DNA of 64,000 nt, taken from NCBI RefSeq assembly GCF_009914755.1, contig NC_060937.1; one strand, given 5' to 3'. The DNA comes from the human T2T-CHM13v2.0 reference genome, Homo sapiens. Shown piece by piece: positions 31,156-47,121 of this stretch (its first letter is position 1; every line of letters begins with the position of its first letter). The notes under the pieces are model-generated. The model had not been told where the DNA came from. It saw nothing but the letters and a program-made list of their open reading frames with translations, and did not search any database. A program made the position numbers and the translations under genes.

Positions 31156-31879
31156 CTAGAACAAACACAAATTTGAAAAAATTACTAATTGCATAAGCCA
31201 CAATATGTTACATGAAAAAAGAAAACATGCTTTTGCAAAATATGTTCTCTGTATGTATAATGCAAAACTAAATCTCAAAAAAGTAGAAACATTTAATGCA
31301 TATGACATGGTTGAAAATCCTAATTGTGTACAATTTTTTGCTGTGGAAAATTGTTAGTTTTTATATTTATTAAACAAACAATCCAGCAAGACTTGACTGC
31401 AGGCGATCACTAGGCTTCCACACTTAAAATGGACATATATTACTTAGAAAGCATAACAGGTAAACATTTATAATAAAAGAAATGTGTATGAAACATTCAC
31501 CCTGAAAACACAACAAACAAACTTGTGTAGCTAAAGGGCTCACTGACTATATAGAGTTTTTCTTACATGGTTTTCCTACAGTGGTTTGTTAGGTAAAAAT
31601 AACAGACTTTAAACACAACAGAACTTTACTTTTTTAACAGAAGATTTTTAAAGTGTCCTGTGGCAGAGTATCATGCTCTCCAAATTCTTGGACTGTCCCG
31701 ATAATCTTGTATTACCTATTATCCTGGACTTGCCTCTCTTGACCATATCCTTCTACAATTTACTCAAGCAGTCATTACCTCTTTATCTAAAAGATGACTA
31801 AGGGAGACTCCTGCCTGAGAGGTAGATGAGACAGTCTTACTGTTATAACTGTCTAGGATTTAAAAAATATATATATACT

Positions 31880-33150
<1,271 letters not shown>

Positions 33151-33310
33151 ATTCGAACTAACGTATTCAATCAAAGTAGGGATGACCTGATTTTGAAGAA
33201 ACTGCTTACTTCAGAAGTTTATGTGCTGATTTACACCAACAATACAAATATTAGTCTAATCGTAAACTAATTTCACATTCCAAATATATTAGATACTTCA
33301 GAATACTTAC

Positions 33311-33437
33311 AGATTCTAGGTCTTTAATATCTTTCTCTAATTGTTTATTTTGCTCATTCATATTCATAATTATATTAAATACAGACTGCCTAGGATGCAG
33401 TGTTCGATCAAACTGATGGTACATGTTCCTCCAAAAC
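33311..33437 (-). CDS. MTMR6: MTMR6 exon 13 (FWRNMYHQFDR...IKDLES), start of the coiled coil
   Basis: 127 nt; acceptor gtcataaag, donor TCT|gtaagt; phase 2/0. Confidence 0.95.
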
Positions 33438-33514
33438 CTTTATGACAAAAAAAAGTTTCAATAAATTGTGTTTGAGAAAATTCAAGTATAAATACTCCAA
33501 TGATGTCAACTTAC

Positions 33515-33646
33515 TTAAAATTGAAAGATACTGTATTTGGCTCCAAAACTGTAAATCTGTGAGATTCGGAACTGTAGAGAGGATTTAAGTACTTCTTTTG
33601 GTCTTCCAAAAGAAATGGCCACAGGGAATAAGTCTTCTCCTTCAAC
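33515..33646 (-). CDS. MTMR6: MTMR6 exon 12 (LKEKTYSLWPFLL...TVSFNFK)
   Basis: 132 nt; acceptor tatattaag, donor TAA|gtaagt; phase 2/2. Confidence 0.95.
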   Translation of the reverse strand, partial: VEGEDLFPVAISFGRPKEVLKSSLQFRISQIYSFGAKYSIFQF

Positions 33647-35424
33647 CTTAATATAATGAGAAAAACACAGAGATCTTTCCTATAGATGCAAAGTAGTAAT
33701 GGTAATATTCATTTTTATAAATCAGGCGATGGCTTCCAAAGCAGATTTAAATTTTAGTTTTTTCTTGTATTCACAGTCTAACCTTGTCTCAGAATTCTGT
33801 ATTATCTCTATTCTCCTTTTTCATTCATAATTAGGTAATAAAGTCATGTTTCTTGAACACAACACAGGTATAACATTTTCTCTCACAACCATATATTTTA
33901 AGGGATTCCTCTCAACTCACACAATTTCAAAAACTTGGTCTCTGTTCCACCTACTTCAAATCACCACAAACATACACATAGAACAAGACACTAATGCATC
34001 TTTCTGTCTGGCCTTCTCTTAACCCCACGTCTGGGCCGTAGTGGCGAGTATCATAGGGCAGGAGCACACGTAAGTGTGAGTGGGTACAAAAAGGGAACAG
34101 GCAAAATCAGGATGTTATGCAAGAATTTTAAAAGCCAATTATTTTGCAAATCTAAGAGTAGCTGGGCAAAGGTAAGAATGGTTTTAGACTGGACATTTAC
34201 CAAGTAAACATAATGTAGGTATCCAGGGGGAAAGTGGAAAATCTCCTGATTTTTCCATAACTCCTAAGATGACCCATAGGTGTGTCTTGGAGAAAAACTA
34301 CTAGGAAATATCTACTTTTACTTCCATCTTTCCATTTTTGAGAATGTTTGGCACTAATTAAGAATAGTTTTTCCTAAAATAGCTCTGTACTCCAGGAAAA
34401 GAGTACCTCTGTGCTCCAAATTATAATAAACTATTTTGAATCACTGTAACATAGAGCTAAAGCCTCAATGTTCTTTGATTGTTCATCTCCACCATTCTCT
34501 ATTCACTTTTTATTCCCTTTACGCATTTTTAGAATTTTCCACATGCTCTCAGTTCTGCTGTTTACTCTGTTGGGAGTGTGAGCATGTGGCTATCTTCAAA
34601 TACTACCAGATTTAGCTTCCTTAATATGTCCCTTGGATGTTCAAAAGTCTGTTAAGTGCTCTTTATTGCCTGCTGTAAGAGGCAATAAAGAAATCCAAAC
34701 TCAGAAGCCCAACCTAAAACAATATACATAGGACCTCTAAGACCTACTCCAGAGATCTTCCTTACAGCAAAATTTAGGCAAAAACCCCTATCCCCGAAGA
34801 CTGGTCAGGAAATAACATGAACTAGGGTCAAGTAGTGTCTCAGGGCTTTTCTGAGACCCTACTCAAGGACGGACACGCTGCAGCCAACATAGCTAGATTT
34901 ATTTTCCCCAAAGAACTGTCTGTTTAGAAATGTGGGGAGAGCTATAAGGCTCCATCCTATCTTAAAACAAACCAACAGTTTAAAATATTTTACACTTTAA
35001 AACTAGCGACTGATACATTCTGGGAAATTAAACAGCATAAGGATTTCTCTGTTCTAAAATATATAAATGCAGACCGAAAAGAAGCATGAGGAGACTTTCC
35101 AGGGTGTTGACAACATTTCATATTCTGGGTGCTGGTTACATAGGTGTGTGAGTTTGGTAAGATTTACTGAGCTTCACACTTAACGCTCTATGTACTTTTC
35201 TGTATGTATGCTACACTTCAAAACACATTTTATAATGTGCTTTTACTATTAGCTGAAAGGTGGGGGAATATTAGAAGGGTACTCAGCTTTAGAAATACAA
35301 AAAATAAAATCTTTACAATAAACTTTCAAATTGTCAAGATATTTTATTAAGTTTCAAACATGATTTTTGTTAGACCTCGGCTAAGTAGGGGGAAAAGGAG
35401 ACTCTTTTAATTGAATCATCTTAC

Positions 35425-35625
35425 TTGAGCTCTTCTCTTTCCTTCTGACAATTTCCAAGGAAGTTTCCAAACTGGCATGAATGAATATGCTCATGGATCT
35501 GAAGAAGAAATGCTTCACTGAATTCAAAGGCTTGTGGAAACTGTTCGGTCAAATGCCACACACATTCCAAGAACTGAGTAAACACTGGTGAGACTTCCTT
35601 TGGGTCACCATCCAACTGGCCACAC
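35425..35625 (-). CDS. MTMR6: MTMR6 exon 11 (CGQLDGDPKEVSPVFTQFLECVWHL...EREELK)
   Basis: 201 nt; donor CAA|gtaaga; phase 2/2; overlaps ORF 35421..35675. Confidence 0.96.
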
Positions 35626-36045
35626 CTAACCCCACAGAAAGTATAAGCTTTTAAAAACACCTCTGAAAGGTCCATTGTTCAGGTATTGTTAATCTTAAAC
35701 ATACAAAAATATTCCTAAAGCACTGTTACATTAGCATGCAAAACTAGAATTTTTATTGAAACCATTTATGAGTTTTTAAACCACAGCTTTAAAGGATCTG
35801 TTACCATCTCTAAATAAAATGCAGCCCAAAAGGAAGGTAATAAATAGTCATGAAAATTAACAAGCGTACTAGAATTGAAAGAAATTACAGAAAAAAATTA
35901 AATGTCTTTACGTAAAATACAGTAAAAACCATGACACTCTTACCTCCCATCACGCATGTGAGTTCATAAGGAACAGAAACATTTTGGCATTCTAAACTTG
36001 GTTTACTAATTTTATAAAATATATGACTGTGTAACTGTGACTCAC

Positions 36046-36095
36046 CTCTCTGAAAATTTATGTCCAAAAGAGATCCAATCCTTTTCTATTAAAAC
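36046..36095 (-). CDS. MTMR6: MTMR6 exon 10 (VLIEKDWISFGHKFSER)
   Basis: 50 nt; acceptor ttctcattaag, donor GAG|gtgagt; phase 0/2. Confidence 0.95.
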
Positions 36096-36929
36096 CTTAA
36101 TGAGAAAAAGTAAAATTCACTTTCTGACTACTTTCAATTATTTTGTTTAGGCTGGATTAAATCTTATTAGTTTAAAAACAGTATTTACTGTACACTTTTA
36201 ACTTATAAACAAAACAGCACAAAAAACCACAGGCAAAAGAATGCCAAAACCTTGATTCGAGGTGGGGTTAAAGAAGAATAAAAATGCATAAAAAGAAATA
36301 GAGTAGTTTCGTGACTTAAATTATTTCCGTTGAATTTATTACATTTTAAGTGAAAAGTACATGTTATAAAGCAGTATTACATTTAAGTTTTTGTATGTAT
36401 GAAGATGATATATCATAGGAAAAAGGCTAGAAAAATGTAAACCAAAACTGCTAACAAAGGATAACTCTAGGTGGTAGACTGAGGTGGATATTTTAAAACT
36501 TTTGGCTTACTTGTACATTTTTTATATTATTTATATACTACTTTTTTTAAGAAAAAAAAACTAATGATAAAAAGACCAATTATTTTAATCAAATCATCTT
36601 ACTTGAGTTCATGTTCAGATCCAAGTGTTAACATCTATCCTCTTGAATGGACTGACTTTATGTTTTCCTTGCCACAGCTTCTCTACTTACCCACTCCACT
36701 GTAAAAACAGATTTCTAACTTTTTCAGTCTAATCTAAACACATATTTGTAGTATTTAGTACACTTTATCACTTAACTATACAGTCACCAAGCACATTATT
36801 TTCATAGTGTCAAAACTGCTGGTTTTAGCTTCTCTGATTTTGTCTCAAGCCTCTGCTTTCCGCAGAAGGCTATACACTGATGTGGCTGAGGATGTAGTCG
36901 CTGGAGCTCAGGCACAGGCTCCAATCCCA

Positions 36930-37975
<1,046 letters not shown>

Positions 37976-38604
37976 AGAAAATATTCCTTATCGTACACTC
38001 TCAAGGTAAGCTGAGCATTATTTTCTTATTAGCAGCACTCCCGCTTGGCCTGTCCCAGAGTCGGTATGTTAGCAGCAAAAAATAGCGGTGCTGAAAAGGG
38101 ACTGGTGATTTTAAATCTTCCTTTGCTTTAAGATGGCACTGTATTTAATAATTCAAGACTAATGAAAATTTTCTAACATCTCTTCATTTAATTTACCATG
38201 AGTTAAGATGTAAATTTTGAAAACATAAGTTAATCTGCTCACACGTTTAAAAGCAAGCAAATAAAAATCTGATCATACCTTTAAAAGCAAAGAAACAAAA
38301 AAAAGGAACTAGGTCTTTATCTTCACAAAGGAGAAAATCTATTCAACTAGAAATTTTATCTTCAGATATAAAACATGCCTAATATGTTATTACACTTACT
38401 AATGCAGGTGTTTTAAATAGAAGGTTTCCTTCAGAATTTAATTTTAAGTACTCTTATTTGTGCATTGTTTTATTACATTATTTACATTTGTTAGATAAAA
38501 ATGAGGGAGAAAATACTGAATATTTCCATTGCAACATTTTAGGAAAAAAAATTATTTAAATCTAAAGCTTATTGTCAGTGTTAGCACAAATGGAAATAAG
38601 TCTA

Positions 38605-38836
38605 ATTCAAGGTTTTTCAACCTCGACAGTACTGACATTACAGGCCAGATCAGTCTTTGCTGTGAGGCTGACCCCCCAGCAAAAATTTTGTGCATTATAA
38701 AATGTTTAGTTAGCAATATCCCTGGCCACTCCCACGGATGCCAGTCTCATCATTTCCTTTAGTGCAAAACTGTCTCCAACATTGCCAAATGTCCTCTGGA
38801 GGAACATAAAATTACTCCTACTTAAGAACCATTGGT
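38605..38836. mobile_element. MER20-like hAT element
   Basis: ggtttttcaacctcgacagtactgacatt...acattgccaaatgtcctctgg...ttaagaaccattg. Confidence 0.75.
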
Positions 38837-38856
38837 CTAACCAAATAAATCCTTAC

Positions 38857-38982
38857 CATGAATCCTTTGATTGTCCTGTAGTAGGAATCCAATAAAAGAG
38901 AACCCAGGGAACAAACCTGGGAAGTCCTATCCCAACCATCGGAACAATGCACCAACACACTTGCATTTTCAACTGTTATTGC
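38857..38982 (-). CDS. MTMR6: MTMR6 exon 9, catalytic exon ([23 protein letters not shown]...IKGFM)
   Basis: 126 nt; CX5R P-loop CSDGWDR at 38926-38946 (Cys336), so an active myotubularin; donor ATG|gtaagg. Confidence 0.97.
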
Positions 38983-39396
38983 CTGAAAAGAAAGATCACA
39001 TACATTCTAGCGTACTTTAAGGTAAACCAATAAATTCTACTTGAAAATCATACTAGCAGGTATTGTGTTACAAGGAAGTGCTATGCCTGCAATGATAATG
39101 TCACAGCATAATTTCCAAAATACACAACAAAATATGGTAACAACAAAAACACAAGCAAACAAACAAAAAAAAAACAAAGAAAAAATGCCACTTCAAAGTA
39201 TTTAGGAGCATCTTTTTAAGTTTCTACATTAAGTGCTACATGATATTTTTAAGGCTGAAAATAAAGTGAAGCTCATTAAAGAGGTAAAAAATAATAAAAG
39301 TTATCTGATGAATAGATACCAGCCCCCAACAGAATACATCTACTCCTTCCCAATCATTATAGACCCCAAGACCAAATATGAAAGATAAAGTATTAC

Positions 39397-39506
39397 TTTG
39401 GCCAAGAAGACTGCAGCATCCATAACAGCTTTGATATGGCGAAGCCATCCCGAGCTCTCCAAACCGGAGTAGAAATCATTGACAGAAAGCCCTTTAGTGC
39501 CATTGA
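39397..39506 (-). CDS. MTMR6: MTMR6 exon 8 (VNGTKGLSVNDF...DAAVFLAK)
   Basis: 110 nt; acceptor ctctttcag, donor AAA|gtaata; phase 1/0. Confidence 0.96.
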
Positions 39507-39869
39507 CTGAAAGAGGTATAAAAATATTTCAATTAGAATATGGCTAGAGTTTCTGCATTTCTTTTTTCAAGATCTCTCTAGATAAGTGAATGAAGAAAGA
39601 AGACAAAATAAACAGGCAAGACTCTATAAATGAAAAGATGCTATTAAAAGCTCAATAACTGATTCTTGGATATATTTTTCTATTATTCCCGTGCTTACAA
39701 AAATGCTCCAATCTCTTAAAAAACATTGTAGCACAAGCATCTAACTAAAAATCATCTTATATTTTAATTTTTTAAATTCTATACTATGACTGGAATATTT
39801 AAATGAACATTACTACAAATTAGTATTTATTGTACTGACTACTCAAGAATATCTATCTAATAACATTTT

Positions 39870-40198
39870 TTTTGCAAAACCATTAGAATTGTACTGTCTA
39901 ATACAGCAGCCACTAACCAAATACGGCTACTAAACATTTGAAATATGGCTTGTCCAAACTCAGATGTGTAGTAAGTGTAAAATACATGCCTGATTTCTAA
40001 GAGTTGATGAAAAGAAAAATATCTCATTACTGATTTTTTTTATATTGACTACATGTTAAAATAATGTTTATAATATATTAAGTAAGGATATTATTAAAAT
40101 TAATTTCACTTGTTTCTTTTTACTTTTTAAAATGTGACCACTGGAAAATTCTAAATTACATGTGACTAGCATTAGATTTCTTTTGGACAAGGGTGTCT
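39870..40198. mobile_element. MER33-like hAT element just inside intron 7
   Basis: ctgtctaatacagcagccacta...aaattacatgtgactagcattagatttcttttggaca. Confidence 0.7.
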
Positions 40199-40220
40199 AA
40201 AAAAGTAAGCAATAATATAC

Positions 40221-40353
40221 CTTCCAATAATTTCTGAAGGCTGGACCTCATGACATGAATATTTTCAATTCCAACAAACTGAAATCTAATATTGGAATAG
40301 TTGTCTTCATTTTCATAACCTTTTCCAGCTGCTCTGTTGGCCATTGCATTCAG
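40221..40353 (-). CDS. MTMR6: MTMR6 exon 7 (LNAMANRAAGKGYE...LQKLLE)
   Basis: 133 nt; acceptor attttag, donor AAG|gtatat; phase 0/1. Confidence 0.96.
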
Positions 40354-41537
40354 CTAAAATTAAAAGTTTTAGAAATTTAGAGACAAATTACTTTTTTAAT
40401 TTACCAAAATGTCATGAAAATATTAAATAAGCAGTATTTTAGCTAGGAGGCAGTTTAAAGGAACTCATCAAAACTGAATAAGCTACCATTCATCTTTTAG
40501 TAAGTAAAAATGCCACATTATTAAATAGTAATGAAGGAGATAATAAAGTAATACGATTGCTATATAATGGAAAGGTCAAAGTTCCCATAAGTTCATGAAA
40601 CCAATTCATTTATATTTTAGGCAGTTTCCATATGTTTGTAATATTTTAAAATTAAAAAGAAAGAAATGTCTCCTATCTAATTTCTAAATGATTCAGTTGA
40701 GCAGAGCTGGCTGGGGGACTTTCCTTTTACAGAATGAACCTATGAGTTTACTTCAGAACAAGCCTAGGGCATTGATCATTCTGAGAGCCATAGGGACCTG
40801 AAAATCAGATCTGAAATATGCTTCAGATTACTTGAGGGAGATTATATGAGAGATTATTGGAGGCCCATACATCATATAATATGGCATATAATCGGCTATC
40901 CTGATACATCTCTGAGAATTGGGCCAAAAATAAACTGGTCTCCAGGAAAAAACAGATTGCTCATATGCCCATGGTCTTTAGCTATTAGATCAAAATGTTG
41001 TCAGTGGTCCCTTAGGATTTGTCATGCTTAATTCTTCCAGGCTAGGATTTCATATAGTATGTTAACACAATTTATTAAAAATTCTTATGAACGTGGATAA
41101 AACGAAGCCTAAATTAGAAGAAAAGGAGCTCTTCATTTTGTGGATTGGACCTCAGTTTGGTAACAAGTACAGTTAAATTGTATCCTACTGACTCACTAGT
41201 TATTCGGTACCTAAAGTAAAATCTACAGTTAGATGTTAAAAAATGCTTCCACATTATTACTACTTGAGTTACATTTAACTAGTAAAACAATCAAAGAATG
41301 ATATATTTTCTGTGAAGAAGATAATTATACAAATAAGAACTATGAGGTCCTGAAAAACAAATCACTGTATCAGACCTCATCTTCAAAAAGTCTCATATTA
41401 CAATCGCCTTTTATATCTAATATTATCAAAAAAGTGTTCCAGAATTTTTCTTATGAGATATCACCAACACTCTCAACTCCTAATAAAGTCTTTTATTTTT
41501 AATAAAAGATTATCAAGTTATCAATTTCTATTTTTAA

Positions 41538-42093
<556 letters not shown>

Positions 42094-42234
42094 ACAATTT
42101 ACTCAAATTAATCTCTTCTTCTGGTTTCTAAATTATCTTTTGTGAAATTGCATAATGATGAGAATCACTTCTAAAATAGTGACCATTCCTTTCACAAAGC
42201 TGCCTAAAAACCACTTGCGTTCTATATTGCTCAC

Positions 42235-42348
42235 TCGCTTTTTCTCATTGCTTTCTCTTATTTTCTCATCATTCTGGATTTTTGAAGAAATCCTCACTAT
42301 AATTCTGCCAATGTCCTTTTGTGTAGCCCACCAGCTCTGCATGCGACG
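42235..42348 (-). CDS. MTMR6: MTMR6 alternative cassette exon between exons 6 and 7 (RRMQSWWATQKDIGRIIVRISSKIQNDEKIRESNEKKR)
   Basis: 114 nt = 38 codons with no stop; acceptor tttttgttatag, donor CGA|gtgagc; phase 0/0 matches the flanking exons; non-repetitive sequence. Confidence 0.8.
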
Positions 42349-42681
42349 CTATAACAAAAATTAAAAGTAACGTTAGCTATTACCACTGAGGATTTTAATT
42401 ATTTTAGTTTCAGGATCCTATATGAACTGGTTGTTTAACTATGTTAATAAAAAGAAGAAGGGACTCTGAAATTTGTCCCAATGATAAAAATTTGGCCCCA
42501 TAGCACACAAGATGCCTAAGATAACCCAAATTCCTGTTCACTATTTAAAATTCTCTAGTTCAATGTTTCCTAAGTTAACTGTTTTCCTTATTTTCTTGAA
42601 AATTTCAAGCTAAAATCCATTATTTTAGCATAAAAATGTTTTGTCAATTGAAAATTCTTCAAAAAAGAATAATAAGAATTT

Positions 42682-42960
42682 AGGCTGGGCGCAGTGGCTC
42701 ATGCCTGTAATCTCAACACTTTGGGAGGCCAACTGAGGTGGGCGGATCACTTGAGGCCAGGAGTTCGAGACCAGCCTGGTCAACATGGTGAAACCCCATC
42801 TCTACTAAAAATACAAAAAATTAGCCAGGCATGGTGGTACGTGCCTGTAATACCAGCTACTCAGGAGGCTGAAGCAGGAGAATTGCTTGAACTGGGAGGC
42901 AGAGGTTGCAGTGAGCCGAGATCACACCACTGCACTCCAGGGTGACAGAGTGCAACTCTG

Positions 42961-42995
<35 letters not shown>
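42682..42995 (+). mobile_element. AluS with long A tail
   Basis: Full-length Alu, inverted relative to 41549-42093. Confidence 0.92.
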
Positions 42996-42997
<2 letters not shown>

Positions 42998-43329
42998 ATA
43001 GTAACAATTTATTTTTCATAACACACATTTTATTATTTCTTCACAATAACATAAGACTTATATACTAGCAAGAGTTCTCAATATACAATTCAGCTTTCCT
43101 GAATTTATATATATCAGAAGATGTAAGAAATCACCATGAGTTACTCAGAAATTGGTTTTCTAAATTGGTATCCTTTAAATAAAGGATTGATTTCCTTAGT
43201 ATCATTAGCCTTAGTTAATTTAAAACTAGGATTCAGATATTTTAAATATGGGCAAGTTTATTAACTCTCATTAAGTAAAGTAATAAAAATAATTAAACTA
43301 GCAGACTGTACTGTATTTAAAATACATAC

Positions 43330-43464
43330 TTTTGGCCTGGTATCCATGACGTACATATAGCGATTGACTGGATTGGCTTTACTAATGGCTTGAAGCAAAT
43401 GTTCATCCTCCAGGCACCTGGCACTGAATCCAGAGAGTGGCTGACTACATCGACAAATGGCAGC
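43330..43464 (-). CDS. MTMR6: MTMR6 exon 6 (AAICRCSQPLSG...VMDTRPK)
   Basis: 135 nt; acceptor aaatag, donor AAA|gtatgt; phase 0/0. Confidence 0.96.
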
Positions 43465-44040
43465 CTATTTTTTAAAGGACAGAAAAGAGATTATGCAAAG
43501 ATCTCTAAAATGTCTTTAAAGATGCTTACAAGAAAAAAAAGCCAAAAGTGTTAAAATCAAATATGATAATTAGGAGGCATTAACTTTAAGATCCTCTTTG
43601 AATTAAATACTATTTCAATATTTTGACATTCCTAAGTTTTCCCAATATTCTATTCTCATAAGAAAACTAAATACCTCCTTATCTAGTTTGATGAAGAAAC
43701 CTGGGTCCTAAGAAATAACACCCAGTCAATTCTCTGTGAAGTAACCTACTGTTATCTTCATTCTGCGCTCCATTTAGATTACAGGATCCTTCCAACTGAA
43801 GTTCAAGTAAAAGATTAGTCAATAAAAATAGAACAAGAATTTTTAAGTAGCAACACTGGAACTTTTACTTTCTAAAGGTTTTAAGATCTCTAATTAGAAA
43901 TCGGCAATCTTAATATAAAATGAGAAAAATGACCTTCAATTCAAATTTGAGTTAAAATACAGTCAATCGAATAGAGCAAGAATTATCTATAAGTAGTGAG
44001 TGGTTGGATTCATTATTTACTGTTTTTTGTTTGGCTGGTT

Positions 44041-44328
44041 GGTTTTTGAGACAAGGTCTTGCTCTGTCACCCAGTTTGGAATGCAGTGGCGTGATCACAG
44101 CTCATTGCAGCCTTGACCTCCTGGGCTCAAGCAATCCTTCCAACTCAGCCTCCAGGGTAGCTGGGACTACAGGAACACACCACCACGCCTGACTAATTTT
44201 TGTATTTTTTGTTAAGATGGGTTTTTGCCATGTTGCCCAGGCTGGTTGTCAACTCCTGGGCTCAAGCGATCTGCCCACCTCACCTCCCAGCATGCTGGGA
44301 TTACAGGCATAAGCCATCATGCCCAGCC
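44041..44328 (-). mobile_element. AluJ
   Basis: Antisense Alu. Confidence 0.88.
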
Positions 44329-45267
44329 TACTATTGTTTAAAGTCCTAAAAAAAGATTTAAAAGATTTAGATCCATATACTTTTTCTCCAATGGAAAACA
44401 AAAATACATGCAAATTCACACAATTGCATATTTTAAACTCACAAAATAAAACCACGAAAATATGATAAAACAGTAGAAAATGAACATTGCCTTATTAAAT
44501 TCTTTTCAGACCTACTTTCTGATTTGTTAAGTTGTTCACAGAATAACTATTTTCAGCCCAACTTTCCAATAAACAATGTTTACACATATGGCTGTGTCAA
44601 GAGAGGCCATAACCATTTAATCTCTCTGTGATTTAGTTGTGAAAAGCAGATTAGAAACTTCTGTCTAAACCCTTACCCCTTTGCCTCTGCTCCTTCCCAA
44701 AATCCAAGTCAGGTTCGAATAAAGAAAGTTAAAATGCATAAAACCACAGGGACAAAGAGAATGGGAAAAAAGACATAGAGATGTCAATAAAATTTGGGGA
44801 GATGATAGCTGACTAGCAAGTGATAACCAATTTTACAGGACAAAGAAAGCTGCTAACTCCCTTAAGTCAGTAAGAAGCAAGGTATTTTGTGCAGCAAAAT
44901 CTCAAAAGGCTCAAAACCTCTGAAGGCTTGAGCAGGTATATAACTGAAAAAAAGGAGAACTGCTTGAATGCCTGTACGAGAACTAGCTAAGACCACCAGA
45001 TTCTCCCTTACCTTGAAGACAAAGTTTATTCCATGATAAGGATGAACCTGAAGACTCTATAGACAATAGACACAGCTGTGGGCAGGGGTGAAGCCCTATA
45101 CTCACAAAGACTAGGAGCATTAAGTAAAGTCTACATAACAAAATGTGAAATCCTGACATCACTCTTCTCACCCTTGGATCATGGCCAGACTTACTATACA
45201 CATTGGGACCAAAATTAGAGGTTTGTTCTTTAAGGAAACCAACTTATACAACAGAAAGAATCCCAAA

Positions 45268-45684
<417 letters not shown>

Positions 45685-46134
45685 CTAAATAAATAGAAAA
45701 AAATGGAACTCTGAGCAAAACAATAACTAATGTGGGAAGCATGAGAATTATTTTTTTAAATCTTTAACATCCTCAAAGAACTAAAACATCACATCCAGGA
45801 ATAGAAAACTATCTTTAAAAATTTCAGAAAATAGGAAAAGCTCTCAGATATTAAAAACACCACAGCAAAAAAAGGATCTAAGACACAGACTGGAGATGAG
45901 GTTGAGGAAATCTTCCAGAAAATCCAAAAAAAAAATGAAAAATAAAGGAGAAAGTTTTTAAAAAAGTAGAAGTTTATTCTACAAAGCCCAATTGTCAACT
46001 AATAAATAAAAAGGACAAAGAAAATTAATAGAACAGAGGAAATTATCAAAGAAATAGAGAAGCAAATTCCCAAAATTGAGACCTGAGTTTCTGGATGAGA
46101 TTTAAAAAGACATTACTGTGAAATTTCAGAACAA

Positions 46135-46436
<302 letters not shown>

Positions 46437-47121
46437 GAAATTTCAGAACACTGGGGAAAAAGAGGATTCTAAAAGTTCTCAGAGAAAACAAAATCAGGTC
46501 CCAAAGGACTGGGAGTCAGAAATGGCACAGAATTCCTCAACTTACTTGCTGTGAGACAAGGAAGTAATTTACCCTCTTTGAATGTCAGTTTCCCCACTTG
46601 AAAGTTACAGGTAATTAGTAAAGCCTACCTTACAAAGTTAGGAAGACATACATGTAAACCATTTAACATACAGTACCTCTTGGCCTTCTATTAGTAGGCT
46701 ACAAAGGTAAGTTTTACTAATATAAGCAACCCTTATTACAGCATCTCACTATAAAGATGCCTCCTCCACTGTTTCATGTTGCAAAATCCTTTTGATTTGA
46801 GCTTACTATTAAAATGGGACCCTGAAATGCCCTTGGTTCTCTCCCTTGTCTCAGCGGTTGTCTTATCAAAACTATCTGGTTTTCCCAAACACAAGCAGAA
46901 TCAAAAGAGAACCACAGGAAAGAAAGAGGATCCTATCTGTTAACTAATTCTATTATTTTCAAGTCACTGCTGGAAGGAAGGGAGGGTCAAGAAAAGATGA
47001 CAAGAAGTATGAAAATTTCTGTATTTGAGTAGTTTTGTTTTAAATTTGCAAAAACGTAATTAAACAAAAAGCCAGTGCTTCTCCATTAGCAATCTTTTAA
47101 TGTAAAAAATAGTGTTCTTGA

